A DNA stretch of 35,081 bases from Clostridia bacterium (GTDB lineage Bacteria > Bacillota > Clostridia > Oscillospirales > CAG-272). The notes beneath the pieces were generated by a model. The model ran no database searches, had not been told where the DNA came from, and saw only the letters and a program-made list of their open reading frames with translations. Numbering within the stretch: position 1 is the stretch's first letter; each line of letters starts with the position of its first letter. The position numbers and the translations under genes are program-made. This document shows, piece by piece, positions 9,169 through 18,146 of the stretch. The DNA lies in the NCBI GenBank assembly GCA_017416885.1, contig JAFQAM010000280.1, forward strand, positions 1 through 35,081. The letters are read 5' to 3'.

Positions 9169-10780
9169 AACACTTATAAAATCACGACTTTTAGCGCTTT
9201 GGGCATCATTATCCCAAGGCAACAAAAAGAAGAAGACTAACGCAAGCGGCATTATTCTTATAGTGGTATTCGCGTTTTTAGCTGTATATATGTTAGGCGC
9301 AATCTCACTTATGTTTTTTGGATTAGGCATTGCTATGAATGAAAGCGGTGATTCTTGGGCGTTTTTCACTCTTGCATCATTGATCGCATCAGCATTATGC
9401 TTATTTGGCAGTATCTTTACTACAAAAACACAAATATTTGAATCCAAGGACAATGAGCTTTTACTGTCAATGCCAATCAAGCCAAAATATATACTCATCA
9501 GCAGAATTTTAGTTTTACTTATAGTAAACTACATTTTAGAGGCGCTTGTAATGCTTCCTGCCATAGTTATGTACGGTATCATAATCGGCTACTCATTTGT
9601 CGGCTTCATTTTTGCATTGCTCAGCTTTATTTTAATCCCGTTTGTAACGCTTGCAGTATCCGCAATAATTGCTTGGATAATTTCATTTATCGCATCAAAA
9701 ATCAGAAATAAAACACTCGTTTCAACAGCTTTGTTTATCATATTTTTCGGCGCGTATATGTATTTTTGCTTCAGTCTTGGAAGCTTTACAGGTAGCGGCG
9801 AGGAAATAAATATAGATTTTTCGGGACTTAAAAATACCTTCGTGTTTTATTATATTGGCAACAGTATAGCAAATAAAAGCTTCTTGCATTTTGTATTGTT
9901 TGCTCTGTGCGCAATAATTCCGTCTGCGCTTACATTTACAGTTATCAGCCGCAGCTTTATTAAAATTATAACCACAAAAAAGACAGCCAAGAAAATAGAA
10001 TACAAGGAAAAATCCGCAAAAGCAAGCTCACCCTTTATGGCGCTTGTTAAAAAGGAAATAAAACGCTTCTTTTCCTCAACCGCATATATGATGAACTGCG
10101 GTATCGGTAGCATAATGCTTTTGATTGTATCCGTAATTATAGCAATTAATGCTCCCGATTTACTGTTAGCCATAAAAACACAGTTTAGTGATCCAACACA
10201 AGCAATACCGATTGATTTAATTTACGGCTTTATTCCTGTAATTATAGCAATCATATTCTGCTTTATTTCATCAATGAGCCTTGTATCCACACCGTCAATT
10301 TCACTTGAAAACAAAAATCTCTGGATACTGCATTCATTACCGGTAAAGCCGAAAACAATACTCTTTGCAAAAATCACAAACCATATGATTATTTGCGCCC
10401 CTGTGTCGATAATTGCAACAATTATCGCTTGTATTTCCTTAAAGGTCAGCGTAATAAATACGATACTTGTAATCCTGTCGGTGCTTATGATTATCGCTTT
10501 TACCGCTTACTTTGGAATGTTCTTAGGACTTAAATTTCCGAAATTTGATTGGCAAAACGAAAATGTAGCCGTAAAGCAGGGCTTTGCAATATTCGGCGCT
10601 ATGTTCGGCTCAATGATTTATGCAACGGTACTGTCAGTGGGCGCATTTTTTATCGCGCTGCTTAATGCAACGGTAGCTTTAATCGCAATGATATTAATTA
10701 GCCTTATTATGTGTGTATTATTGCACCTTTATTTCGTATTTTTAGCCGAAAAGGATTTTGAAAAATTAAAAGATAAATAA
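9161..10780 (+). CDS. Polytopic membrane permease partner of the ABC ATPase (putative ABC exporter type)
   Basis: More than 10 hydrophobic helices. ATG 9161 overlaps the upstream stop (ATGCTTAA), so I prefer it to the TTG at 9149 given in the track. Confidence 0.7.
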   Translation: MLKTLIKSRLLALWASLSQGNKKKKTNASGIILIVVFAFLAVYMLGAISLMFFGLGIAMNESGDSWAFFTLASLIASALCLFGSIFTTKTQIFESKDNELLLSMPIKPKYILISRILVLLIVNYILEALVMLPAIVMYGIIIGYSFVGFIFALLSFILIPFVTLAVSAIIAWIISFIASKIRNKTLVSTALFIIFFGAYMYFCFSLGSFTGSGEEINIDFSGLKNTFVFYYIGNSIANKSFLHFVLFALCAIIPSALTFTVISRSFIKIITTKKTAKKIEYKEKSAKASSPFMALVKKEIKRFFSSTAYMMNCGIGSIMLLIVSVIIAINAPDLLLAIKTQFSDPTQAIPIDLIYGFIPVIIAIIFCFISSMSLVSTPSISLENKNLWILHSLPVKPKTILFAKITNHMIICAPVSIIATIIACISLKVSVINTILVILSVLMIIAFTAYFGMFLGLKFPKFDWQNENVAVKQGFAIFGAMFGSMIYATVLSVGAFFIALLNATVALIAMILISLIMCVLLHLYFVFLAEKDFEKLKDK

Positions 10781-10804
10781 TATTTAATAAAATAGGAAGA
10801 AAAA

Positions 10805-12040
10805 ATGAAAGAATTACTTTGTCCGGCGGGCAATTTTGAAAAAATGAAATCAGCCATACTCTATGGCGCAGATGCGGTATATTTAGCGTCTGATATGTTT
10901 GGTATGCGCGCGGCAGCCGATAACTTTACATTAGATGAGTTAGAGGAAGCAACCGAGTATGCCCACAAAAGAAATGTAAAAATCTATGTAACTGTAAACA
11001 CAATGCCCCATACCTGTGAGTATGAAAGACTGAAAAAATATCTGATAAGACTTGATGAAATCGGCGTGGATGCTTTGATTATTTCCGACCTTGGCGTATT
11101 TACCTTAGCAAGAGAAATAATACCTAATATGGAAATCCACATTTCCACTCAGGCAAGCACCGTTTCTGCATATACCGCCAACACCTGGCATAAAATGGGA
11201 GCAAAGAGAGTTGTTTTGGCAAGAGAGCTTTCCCTTGATGAAATTAACGAAATCCGCAAAAATACCGATAAATCCTTAGAGCTTGAATGCTTTATTCACG
11301 GCTCAATGTGTATTTCATTCAGCGGCAGATGCTTGCTATCCAATTACTACACAGGCAGAGACGCAAACCGCGGAGCCTGTGCGCAGCCTTGCAGATGGAA
11401 TTATGTAAACGCAAGCCCGATTGAATTTTGCGAGGAAAAAAGGCTTGACCATAAGCTTGCATTAGAGGAATATAAGGAAGGCTCCTTTGTAATGTCCTCA
11501 AAGGATATGTGTATGATAGAGCATATTCCGGATCTTATGGAAAGCGGTATTGACAGCTTTAAAATTGAGGGCAGAATGAAGAGCGCATACTATACGGCTA
11601 TTTGCGCCAATACCTACAAAATGGCTATGAATGAATACTTAAAAAACCCCGAGGAGTATCGCTATAATCCGCTTTGGCTACGGGAGCTTGAAAGCGTTTC
11701 CCACCGTGAATATGCGACAGGCTTCTATTACGATAATCCTATGGATAATCCTCAAATTGTGACACAGGGTGGCTATTTACGCGAAAAAGCATACCTATGC
11801 GTCGCAACAGGCGAAAAAATAGGCGAGCATTATATGTTCGTTCAAAGAAACAAATTAACAGAGGGCGAAAGAGTTGAGCTTATAACTCCAGGTAAATGCG
11901 GAGTCGCATTTGAAGCGCTTGACCTTCGCAACGAAAAAGGTGAAAAAATCGAAAGCGCCCCGCATCCATCTATGAAATTTATGATGAAGGTCCCCTTTGA
12001 GGTAAAAGAGGGCGACATTCTTCGTTCAAACGATAGATAG
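10805..12040 (+). CDS. Peptidase U32 family protein
   Basis: N-terminus MKELLCPAGNFEKMKSAILYGADAVYL and the ...HISTQ...EGR... pattern typical of U32 (PrtC/YhbU-like) proteins. Confidence 0.8.
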   Translation: MKELLCPAGNFEKMKSAILYGADAVYLASDMFGMRAAADNFTLDELEEATEYAHKRNVKIYVTVNTMPHTCEYERLKKYLIRLDEIGVDALIISDLGVFTLAREIIPNMEIHISTQASTVSAYTANTWHKMGAKRVVLARELSLDEINEIRKNTDKSLELECFIHGSMCISFSGRCLLSNYYTGRDANRGACAQPCRWNYVNASPIEFCEEKRLDHKLALEEYKEGSFVMSSKDMCMIEHIPDLMESGIDSFKIEGRMKSAYYTAICANTYKMAMNEYLKNPEEYRYNPLWLRELESVSHREYATGFYYDNPMDNPQIVTQGGYLREKAYLCVATGEKIGEHYMFVQRNKLTEGERVELITPGKCGVAFEALDLRNEKGEKIESAPHPSMKFMMKVPFEVKEGDILRSNDR

Positions 12041-12163
12041 TGGTTAGCTCACATTTTCGCAAAGCGAAAATATATCGAAACTGCATAGCAGTTATATCGA
12101 ATTTCACGCAGTGAAATATATCGAATTTGCGAAGCAAATATATCGAGTGCGAAGCACATATAA

Positions 12164-12226
12164 GTGGTCAGTGGTTAGTGGTTAGTGGTTAGTGGTTAGT
12201 GGTTAGTGGTTAGTGGTCAGTGGTTA
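12164..12226. repeat. Tandem heptamer array, 9 units of GTGGT(T/C)A
   Basis: gtggtca, gtggtta x6, gtggtca, gtggtta, read directly. Confidence 0.95.
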
Positions 12227-12376
12227 GCCACTCCCTGTGAGCGAAGCGAGCCCCTATCCCCTACACCACTTGCTACACAAGTCGATATATTTGCTTCGCA
12301 AATTCGATATAGCCTTCGGCTTCGATATAATTCGCCAAGGCGAATTTCGATATATTTTGCTTCGCAAAATGTGAGA

Positions 12377-12426
12377 CATCCCTACATCCTACATCCTACA
12401 TCCTACATCCTACATCCTACATCCTA
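12377..12426. repeat. Tandem heptamer array, 7 units of CATCCTA (first unit is 8 nt)
   Basis: catcccta followed by catccta x6, then a degenerate tail taccctatcccctataccc to 12445. Confidence 0.95.
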
Positions 12427-12463
12427 TACCCTATCCCCTATACCCTGCGACGAAAGGAGCAAA

Positions 12464-13309
12464 ATGGAAACATTTATTGAAATTTTAAAAGCCATTTTTA
12501 TCGGTATTGTTCAAGGCATAACAGAATGGCTTCCCGTGTCAAGCACAGGACATATGATTATTGCCAATGAATTTGTCAGCCTTAAAGTAAGCGACGGCTG
12601 TTGGAGCTTATTTGAGGTAATAACTCAGCTTGGCTCAATTTTAGCGGTTATAATTTTATTCTTTAACAAGCTAAACCCCTTTGCAAAATCTAAAACCGAA
12701 ACGGAAAAAAAGCAAACCTGGACACTGTGGTTCAAGGTTATAGTTGCAGTTTTACCTGCTGCAATCATCGGCATTATTTTTGAAGACTTCCTTGACAAAA
12801 CATTTTATAAATTTGTTCCTGTTGCAATTGCATTAATAGTTTACGGTATTCTTTTCATAATTATTGAAAGAATAAATAAAAACAGAAAAATGAAATATGA
12901 AACCGTTTACGATATTGACTATTCCACCGCGCTTAAAATCGGTTGCTTTCAGGTTTTATCCTTAATCCCGGGCACATCCCGTTCAGGCTCTACAATTTTA
13001 GGCGCATCAACAATTAAGGTGTCAAGAACAGCGGCGGCGGAATTTTCATTCTTTTTGGCTATCCCTGTAATGCTTGGAGCATCTCTTTTAAAGGTTGTAA
13101 AATTTGTGCTTGACGGCTTAACACTGAATTCCACCGAAATAATTGTGCTTACAGTAGGCACTCTTACCGCATTTTTAGTATCACTTTTTGTAATTAAATT
13201 TTTAATGTCATTTGTTAAAAAGCATAGCTTTGAAAGCTTCGGCTGGTACCGTATAATATTAGGTATCATTTTGGTGATATACTATATTATTAAAATTAGC
13301 ATACACTAA
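12464..13309 (+). CDS. uppP: Undecaprenyl-diphosphate phosphatase
   Basis: METFIEILKAIFIGIVQGITEWLPVSSTGH... and PGTSRSGSTI motifs. SD AAAGGAG lies 5-11 nt before ATG 12464. The track ORF start (12206) is read-through of the repeats. Confidence 0.9.
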   Translation: METFIEILKAIFIGIVQGITEWLPVSSTGHMIIANEFVSLKVSDGCWSLFEVITQLGSILAVIILFFNKLNPFAKSKTETEKKQTWTLWFKVIVAVLPAAIIGIIFEDFLDKTFYKFVPVAIALIVYGILFIIIERINKNRKMKYETVYDIDYSTALKIGCFQVLSLIPGTSRSGSTILGASTIKVSRTAAAEFSFFLAIPVMLGASLLKVVKFVLDGLTLNSTEIIVLTVGTLTAFLVSLFVIKFLMSFVKKHSFESFGWYRIILGIILVIYYIIKISIH

Positions 13310-13322
13310 ATTAAAAAAACTA

Positions 13323-13351
13323 TTGAATAAATTGCTAATTTATGGTATAAT
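13323..13351 (+). promoter_or_regulatory. Sigma-A promoter upstream of pgk
   Basis: TTGAAT (13323-13328), 17-nt spacer ending TGg, TATAAT (13346-13351). Confidence 0.55.
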
Positions 13352-13396
13352 ATCTGTCGGTAAAAAAATAAAGTTAAAATATAGGAGATTAAAACA

Positions 13397-14698
13397 ATGA
13401 CCTACAACAAGAAAACCATTGAAGATGTAAATGTAAGTGGCAAAACTGTCCTTGTAAGATGCGACTTTAATGTTCCTCTAAAGGACGGCGTTATCACTTC
13501 AGACAAGAGAATCGTTGGCGCGCTTCCAACAATCAAGTATTTACTTGACAACGGCGCTAAGGTTATCCTTTGCTCACATATGGGCAAGCCACACAGCATT
13601 TTCACAGAGGGCTTCGGCTTAACAAAGAAGGAAAAGAAAAAGGTAGAGGAGCTTCCAGAAAACGAAAGAGAAGCAGAAACAAAGAAGCTTCTTGAAAAGG
13701 CTCTTAAGGATGACAAGAAGAAGCTTACATTAAAGCCTGTTGCAGTAAGACTTAACGAGCTTCTTGGCGAAGGTACAGTAACATTCGCTGAGGATATCGT
13801 AGGCGAGGACGCAAAGGCTAAGGTTGCAGCTTTAGAGGCAGGCAAGGCTGTTCTTCTTGAGAATGTTCGTTTTGATGCAAGAGAAACAAAGAACAATCCT
13901 GAGTTTGCAAAGGAGCTTGCTGCATATGCAGACATCTATGTAAATGACGCATTCGGTACAGCTCACCGTGCTCACGCAACAACAGCAGGTGTTGCAGACT
14001 ACCTCCCGGCAGTTTGCGGTTACCTCATTCAAAAGGAAATCGGCGTAATGGGCAAGGCTCTTGCTGATCCTGCAAGACCGTTCGTTGCTATCCTTGGCGG
14101 CGCTAAGGTTTCTGATAAGATCGGTGTTATTAAGAACCTTATCGAAAAGGTTGACACACTTATTATCGGTGGCGGTATGGCTTACACATTCTTTAAGGCT
14201 AACGGCTACAATGTTGGTACATCACTCTGTGAGGACGACAAGGTTGAATTAGCTAAGGAAATGATGGCTAAGGCTCAGGCTAAGGGCGTTAAGTTCTTAA
14301 TCCCTGTTGATAACAAGCTCGGTAAGGAATACGACGAAAACACAGAATCAATGTACTGCGATTCTGACAAGATTCCTGACGGCTGGATGGGACTTGATAT
14401 CGGTCCTAAGACACAAGAATTATTTGCAAACGCAATCAAGGGCGCAGGCACAGTAGTATGGAACGGACCTATGGGTGTTTCTGAGTGGAAGAACTTCGCT
14501 GCAGGTACAGAGGCTGTTGCTAATGCAGTTGCTGAAAGCGGCGCAATCTCAATCATCGGTGGCGGTGACTCTGCTGCCGCAGTTGAAAAGCTTGGCTTTG
14601 CAGATAAGATGACTCACATCTCAACAGGTGGCGGCGCATCTCTTGAATTCCTCGAAGGCCTTGAGCTTCCGGGTATCGCTTGTCTCCAAGACAAATAA
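13397..14698 (+). CDS. pgk: Phosphoglycerate kinase carrying a Lys/Glu-rich insertion of about 37 aa
   Basis: [27 protein letters not shown] and GGGDSAAAV motifs. It is 433 aa, against roughly 395 aa for the bacterial Pgk proteins I recall. Confidence 0.95.
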   Translation: MTYNKKTIEDVNVSGKTVLVRCDFNVPLKDGVITSDKRIVGALPTIKYLLDNGAKVILCSHMGKPHSIFTEGFGLTKKEKKKVEELPENEREAETKKLLEKALKDDKKKLTLKPVAVRLNELLGEGTVTFAEDIVGEDAKAKVAALEAGKAVLLENVRFDARETKNNPEFAKELAAYADIYVNDAFGTAHRAHATTAGVADYLPAVCGYLIQKEIGVMGKALADPARPFVAILGGAKVSDKIGVIKNLIEKVDTLIIGGGMAYTFFKANGYNVGTSLCEDDKVELAKEMMAKAQAKGVKFLIPVDNKLGKEYDENTESMYCDSDKIPDGWMGLDIGPKTQELFANAIKGAGTVVWNGPMGVSEWKNFAAGTEAVANAVAESGAISIIGGGDSAAAVEKLGFADKMTHISTGGGASLEFLEGLELPGIACLQDK

Positions 14699-14708
14699 TT
14701 AAACTATA

Positions 14709-14734
14709 ATATCCGCAAGGCAACTTGCGGATAT
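14709..14734 (+). terminator. Stem-loop between pgk and tpiA (partial terminator or attenuator)
   Basis: atatccgcaag-gcaa-cttgcggatat; the following T-tract is weak (ttgcatatttt). Confidence 0.35.
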
Positions 14735-14816
14735 TTGCATATTTTGCGCATAAAATAAACTTATGCTCAAATTAACATATGAACAGCTATAAATATGAAA
14801 TAGGAGAATAAAGAAA

Positions 14817-15572
14817 ATGAGAAGAAAAGTTATTGCAGGAAACTGGAAAATGAATATGACACCTTCACAAGCAAAAGCGCTTGTTGAGGAAACAAAGCCA
14901 CTCGTAGCTGGTAAGGATAACTGTGATGTTATTTTCTGCGTACCGTATGTAGATATCTTTGCAGCGCAAGAGGCAGCAAAGGGCTCAAACATCAAAATCG
15001 GCGCAGAGAATGTTCACTTTGCAGCTAAGGGCGCATACACAGGCGAAATCTCAGCAGAAATGCTTAAGGAGTGCGGCGTTGAATATGTAATCATCGGCCA
15101 TAGCGAAAGAAGACAGTATTTCGGTGAAACAGACGAAACTGTAAACTTAAGAACAAAGGCAGCTCTTGAGGCAGGTCTTACAGTAATCCTTTGTCTTGGT
15201 GAGGTTAAGGACGAAAGACTTAACGGCATCACAGACGAGGTTGTATCAATGCAAACAAAGCTTGACTTAAAGGATGTAACAGAGGAACAGCTCAAGAATG
15301 TTATCATCGCATATGAGCCTGTATGGGCAATCGGCACAGGTCTTACAGCTACACCTGAGCAAGCAGACGAAACATGCGGAGTAATCAGAAATACAATTAA
15401 GTCACTCTACGGCGAAAAGGCTGCTGAGGAAATCATCATCCAATACGGCGGATCAATGAACGCAGGCAACGCAGCTGAGCTTCTTGCAAAGGAAAATGTT
15501 GACGGCGGCCTTATCGGCGGCGCATCATTAAAGGCTAAGGACTTTAGCATCATCGTAGAAGCTGCTCAATAA
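14817..15572 (+). CDS. tpiA: Triosephosphate isomerase
   Basis: IAGNWKMN, IIGHSERR, AYEPVWAIGTG and GGASL motifs. Confidence 0.95.
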   Translation: MRRKVIAGNWKMNMTPSQAKALVEETKPLVAGKDNCDVIFCVPYVDIFAAQEAAKGSNIKIGAENVHFAAKGAYTGEISAEMLKECGVEYVIIGHSERRQYFGETDETVNLRTKAALEAGLTVILCLGEVKDERLNGITDEVVSMQTKLDLKDVTEEQLKNVIIAYEPVWAIGTGLTATPEQADETCGVIRNTIKSLYGEKAAEEIIIQYGGSMNAGNAAELLAKENVDGGLIGGASLKAKDFSIIVEAAQ

Positions 15573-15586
15573 TTTATAAAAATATT

Positions 15587-15622
15587 AAGAGATACTACTA
15601 AATTAGTGGTATCTCTTTTTTT
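15587..15622 (+). terminator. Rho-independent terminator after tpiA
   Basis: aagagatactac / tagtggtatctctt stem followed by a T-run. Confidence 0.75.
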
Positions 15623-15626
15623 GATT

Positions 15627-15872
15627 CTATTCGGAGAATATTCCTCTTATCGCTTTATATGCAAATTTAGTACCGCCAATAAATGAATCGAGCTTCTCTA
15701 AATCTAAAACATCAAATGATAATTTTATATAATCATCAAAAATCTTTTTACCGTTTTCATCTAACATTTGTCGTAGCTTGTTTTCATAGTTGACAAGTAT
15801 GTATTGCTTTCTGCTTATATCCTCTCCGTAAATATAATGCTTTCCAGAGAGTCTAAAATCCTCATACCACAT
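15627..15872 (-). CDS. Small hypothetical protein, DUF6809-like
   Basis: The pattern YIYGEDIS...NYENKLRQMLDENGKKIFDDY...FIGGTKFAYKAI resembles small Clostridial proteins (ELYYGNI.P.E ... GFRLGARL) that I recall sitting next to XRE genes. No SD precedes this ATG. Confidence 0.5.
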   Translation of the reverse strand: MWYEDFRLSGKHYIYGEDISRKQYILVNYENKLRQMLDENGKKIFDDYIKLSFDVLDLEKLDSFIGGTKFAYKAIRGIFSE

Positions 15873-15936
15873 TTTTTAATTAAATCGTTCATATTATAAT
15901 ACTCCTTTGTTTTTATAGATATATTATAACATATAT

Positions 15937-15978
15937 TTGTATGTAAGTCAATACATATTTTTGTATGTATGATATACT
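15937..15978. promoter_or_regulatory. Divergent control region: repeated TTTGTATGTA boxes, a TATGTA-N6-TACATA palindrome and an extended -10
   Basis: tttgtatgta at 15937-15946 and again near 15959-15968. tgaTATACT at 15970-15978, 33 nt before the XRE ATG. Confidence 0.4.
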
Positions 15979-16010
15979 AAATTTGATAATAAATTGAGGA
16001 GAAAAAATCA

Positions 16011-16229
16011 ATGTATTGCTATCAAAGAATTAAAGATTTACGAGAAGATAAAGACAAAAGCCAAAAGGAAATTGCATCTCTTTTGGAAATATCGCAACAG
16101 CATTATTCACTGTATGAAAAGGGAGAAAGAGAATTGCCAATGCATCATTTTATAACATTAGCAAAATATTATAATGTGTCCCTTGACTATCTTGCAGGAC
16201 TTACTAATACATTTAAGCCTTTGAATTAA
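16011..16229 (+). CDS. XRE-family helix-turn-helix transcriptional regulator (72 aa)
   Basis: IKDLREDKDKSQKEIASLLEISQQHYSLYEKGERELP is a Cro/C1-type HTH; SD GAGGAG upstream. Confidence 0.85.
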   Translation: MYCYQRIKDLREDKDKSQKEIASLLEISQQHYSLYEKGERELPMHHFITLAKYYNVSLDYLAGLTNTFKPLN

Positions 16230-16245
16230 TTGTTGAGGTGATTTT

Positions 16246-17733
16246 ATGCAAAATGTAATCAGTGTAGAAAATATGCGTAAAAGCGATAAATATACAATAG
16301 ATAATATTACACCGTCACTTGTACTTATGGAAAGAGCAGGCAAGGCTGTATTCAGTAGTGTAAAATGGAGTGGCAAAGCAGCTATTATCTGTGGCACAGG
16401 CAATAACGGCGGCGACGGCTATGTCTTGGCGCTTGAAATGGCGAAAAACAATCTTGACTGTGAGATAATTTTAGTTAAGGATAAATTTTCTCCCGACGGC
16501 AAATACTATTTTAGTAAATGCAAGGAGCTGAATATACCTTATATAATATATAATGAAAGCATTGACTTAAATAAATACGATTTCATTGTTGACTGCATTT
16601 TCGGCACAGGCTTTAAAGGTGATGTAAACGGTATTGAAAAGGAAATTATCGAAAAAATTAATAGCTCAAACGCATATACTGTGTCCGTTGATATTAATAG
16701 CGGTTTAAATGGGGATAACGGTCTTACAAGCTTATGTGTTATATCCGATTTAACCGTGTCAATAGGTACATTAAAAGCAGGGCATATTTTAAATATGGCT
16801 AAGGATAAAATAGGTAAGCTGATAAATAAGGATATCGGTATTACCGTAATTGATAAATCATACAGCTTGCTTGAAAATGACGATATAAAGAGCATTATAA
16901 AGATACGAAAAAGCTATTCCCACAAGGGAACATACGGATATGTGTCGCTGATTGGCGGTAGCATAGAATACAGTGGCGCAATCAAGCTTGCCAATATTTC
17001 ATCAAGCGCTGTGCGTAGCGGCGCAGGTGTTGTAAGATTATGCGTGCCAAATTCCATTACAAACGGAGTATTGCCATATATCCTTGAAAGCACTTTGTAT
17101 CCATTAAGCGACAAAAACGGAAGCATAGCATTTAATCAAGAGGAGCTTGACATCTTAATTAATTCAAGCAAGGTAATTGCCATAGGAATGGGACTTGGAA
17201 CAAAAGGCGAAAACGAAAAAATCCTTACCTATCTTATAAATAATTATAAAGGCATATTAATAATAGATGCCGACGGACTGAACACTCTTGCAAAAATGGA
17301 TTTAGACCTGAAAAATTTAAGCTGCAAAATCGTACTGACGCCGCATCCAAAGGAATTTGAACGACTTTCGAAAATCCCAATGTCACAGGTAAACGAAAAT
17401 CCTATTAAATACAGTATGGATTATGCAAAAAATAATAATGTAATCTTGCTTTTAAAGGGAACAGCAACCATAGTAACCGACGGCGAAAATACATACTTAA
17501 TAAACACAGGATGCCCCGGAATGGCAACAGGCGGAAGCGGTGATGTCTTAAGCGGTATTCTATCAGGCATCTGCGCATCAAATGATGCAAGCTTAATTGA
17601 AAATGTAGCCGCAGGCGCATATATAAATGGCATTGCTGGCGAAATTGCAAAAGATAAAAGCAATGATATTTCAATGAGCGCATACGATACCGCAAGCAGT
17701 GTAAAGGAAGCTATCACAAAAATAATTAAATAA
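16246..17733 (+). CDS. nnr: Bifunctional NAD(P)H-hydrate repair enzyme (epimerase + ADP-dependent dehydratase)
   Basis: YjeF N-terminal domain (CGTGNNGGDGYV) fused to a carbohydrate-kinase-like C-terminal domain (GGSGDVLSG). Confidence 0.9.
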   Translation: MQNVISVENMRKSDKYTIDNITPSLVLMERAGKAVFSSVKWSGKAAIICGTGNNGGDGYVLALEMAKNNLDCEIILVKDKFSPDGKYYFSKCKELNIPYIIYNESIDLNKYDFIVDCIFGTGFKGDVNGIEKEIIEKINSSNAYTVSVDINSGLNGDNGLTSLCVISDLTVSIGTLKAGHILNMAKDKIGKLINKDIGITVIDKSYSLLENDDIKSIIKIRKSYSHKGTYGYVSLIGGSIEYSGAIKLANISSSAVRSGAGVVRLCVPNSITNGVLPYILESTLYPLSDKNGSIAFNQEELDILINSSKVIAIGMGLGTKGENEKILTYLINNYKGILIIDADGLNTLAKMDLDLKNLSCKIVLTPHPKEFERLSKIPMSQVNENPIKYSMDYAKNNNVILLLKGTATIVTDGENTYLINTGCPGMATGGSGDVLSGILSGICASNDASLIENVAAGAYINGIAGEIAKDKSNDISMSAYDTASSVKEAITKIIK

Positions 17734-17782
17734 CAAAATGAAATTCAATCATACGAAAATAAAATGATAATATTTACATATA

Positions 17783-17815
17783 AAAAACAGGATTTTTTAT
17801 CCTGTTTTTTGTTTT
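17783..17815 (+). terminator. Rho-independent terminator after nnr
   Basis: aaaaaacaggat-tttt-atcctgtttttt followed by gtttt. Confidence 0.8.
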
Positions 17816-17878
17816 GTCTGCATAAATAGAAAATAAAGTGCCAAAATATAAATAAACGAATTTTGCGAGGTGAAAGAA

Positions 17879-18145
17879 ATGGAGCAATTTACCTTTGTAA
17901 TTAAAGATAAAAACGGAATGCACGCGCGTCCTGCAGGCGCATTTGTAAACGAAGCCAAAAAATACAATTCAAGCGTCACCGTAATCAAGGAAGGCAAGGA
18001 AGCCAACGGCAAAAGACTTTTATCACTTATGGGGCTTGGCGCAACCTGTAATTCGATATTAAATATACAAATTGAGGGAGACGACGAAAAGGAAGCCAAA
18101 ATAGCCATAGAAAAGGTATTAAAGGATAATTTAAGCGAGGGCTGA
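17879..18145 (+). CDS. ptsH: Phosphocarrier protein HPr (His15 present, residue 46 is Arg)
   Basis: GMHARPAG with His15. ATG 17879 sits 6 nt after GAGGTG, so I prefer it to the GTG at 17870 in the track. Confidence 0.9.
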   Translation: MEQFTFVIKDKNGMHARPAGAFVNEAKKYNSSVTVIKEGKEANGKRLLSLMGLGATCNSILNIQIEGDDEKEAKIAIEKVLKDNLSEG

Positions 18146-18146
18146 A

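Larger units (their letters stand above)
12041..12447. repeat. Composite palindromic intergenic element (inverted modular arms plus two heptamer arrays)
   Basis: Left arm 12047-12163 and right arm 12268-12378 are inverted copies of one scaffold with 4+4 ATATCGA boxes. See the findings for detail. Confidence 0.9.

Noticed and set aside
12047-12378. The alternation of conserved ATATCGA boxes with variable segments looks superficially like a CRISPR repeat-spacer array
   Set aside because: The boxes are only about 12 nt and the variable segments 7-14 nt and self-complementary. The two halves are inverted copies, and there are no cas genes or leader. This is not a CRISPR array.
12206-12463. The track extends the uppP ORF 86 codons upstream (MVSGQWLATPCERSEPLSP...HPYILHPTSYILHPTSY...)
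   Set aside because: This extension is simply translation of the heptamer arrays and the palindromic arm. The conserved UppP N-terminus METFIEIL begins at 12464, directly after a good SD.
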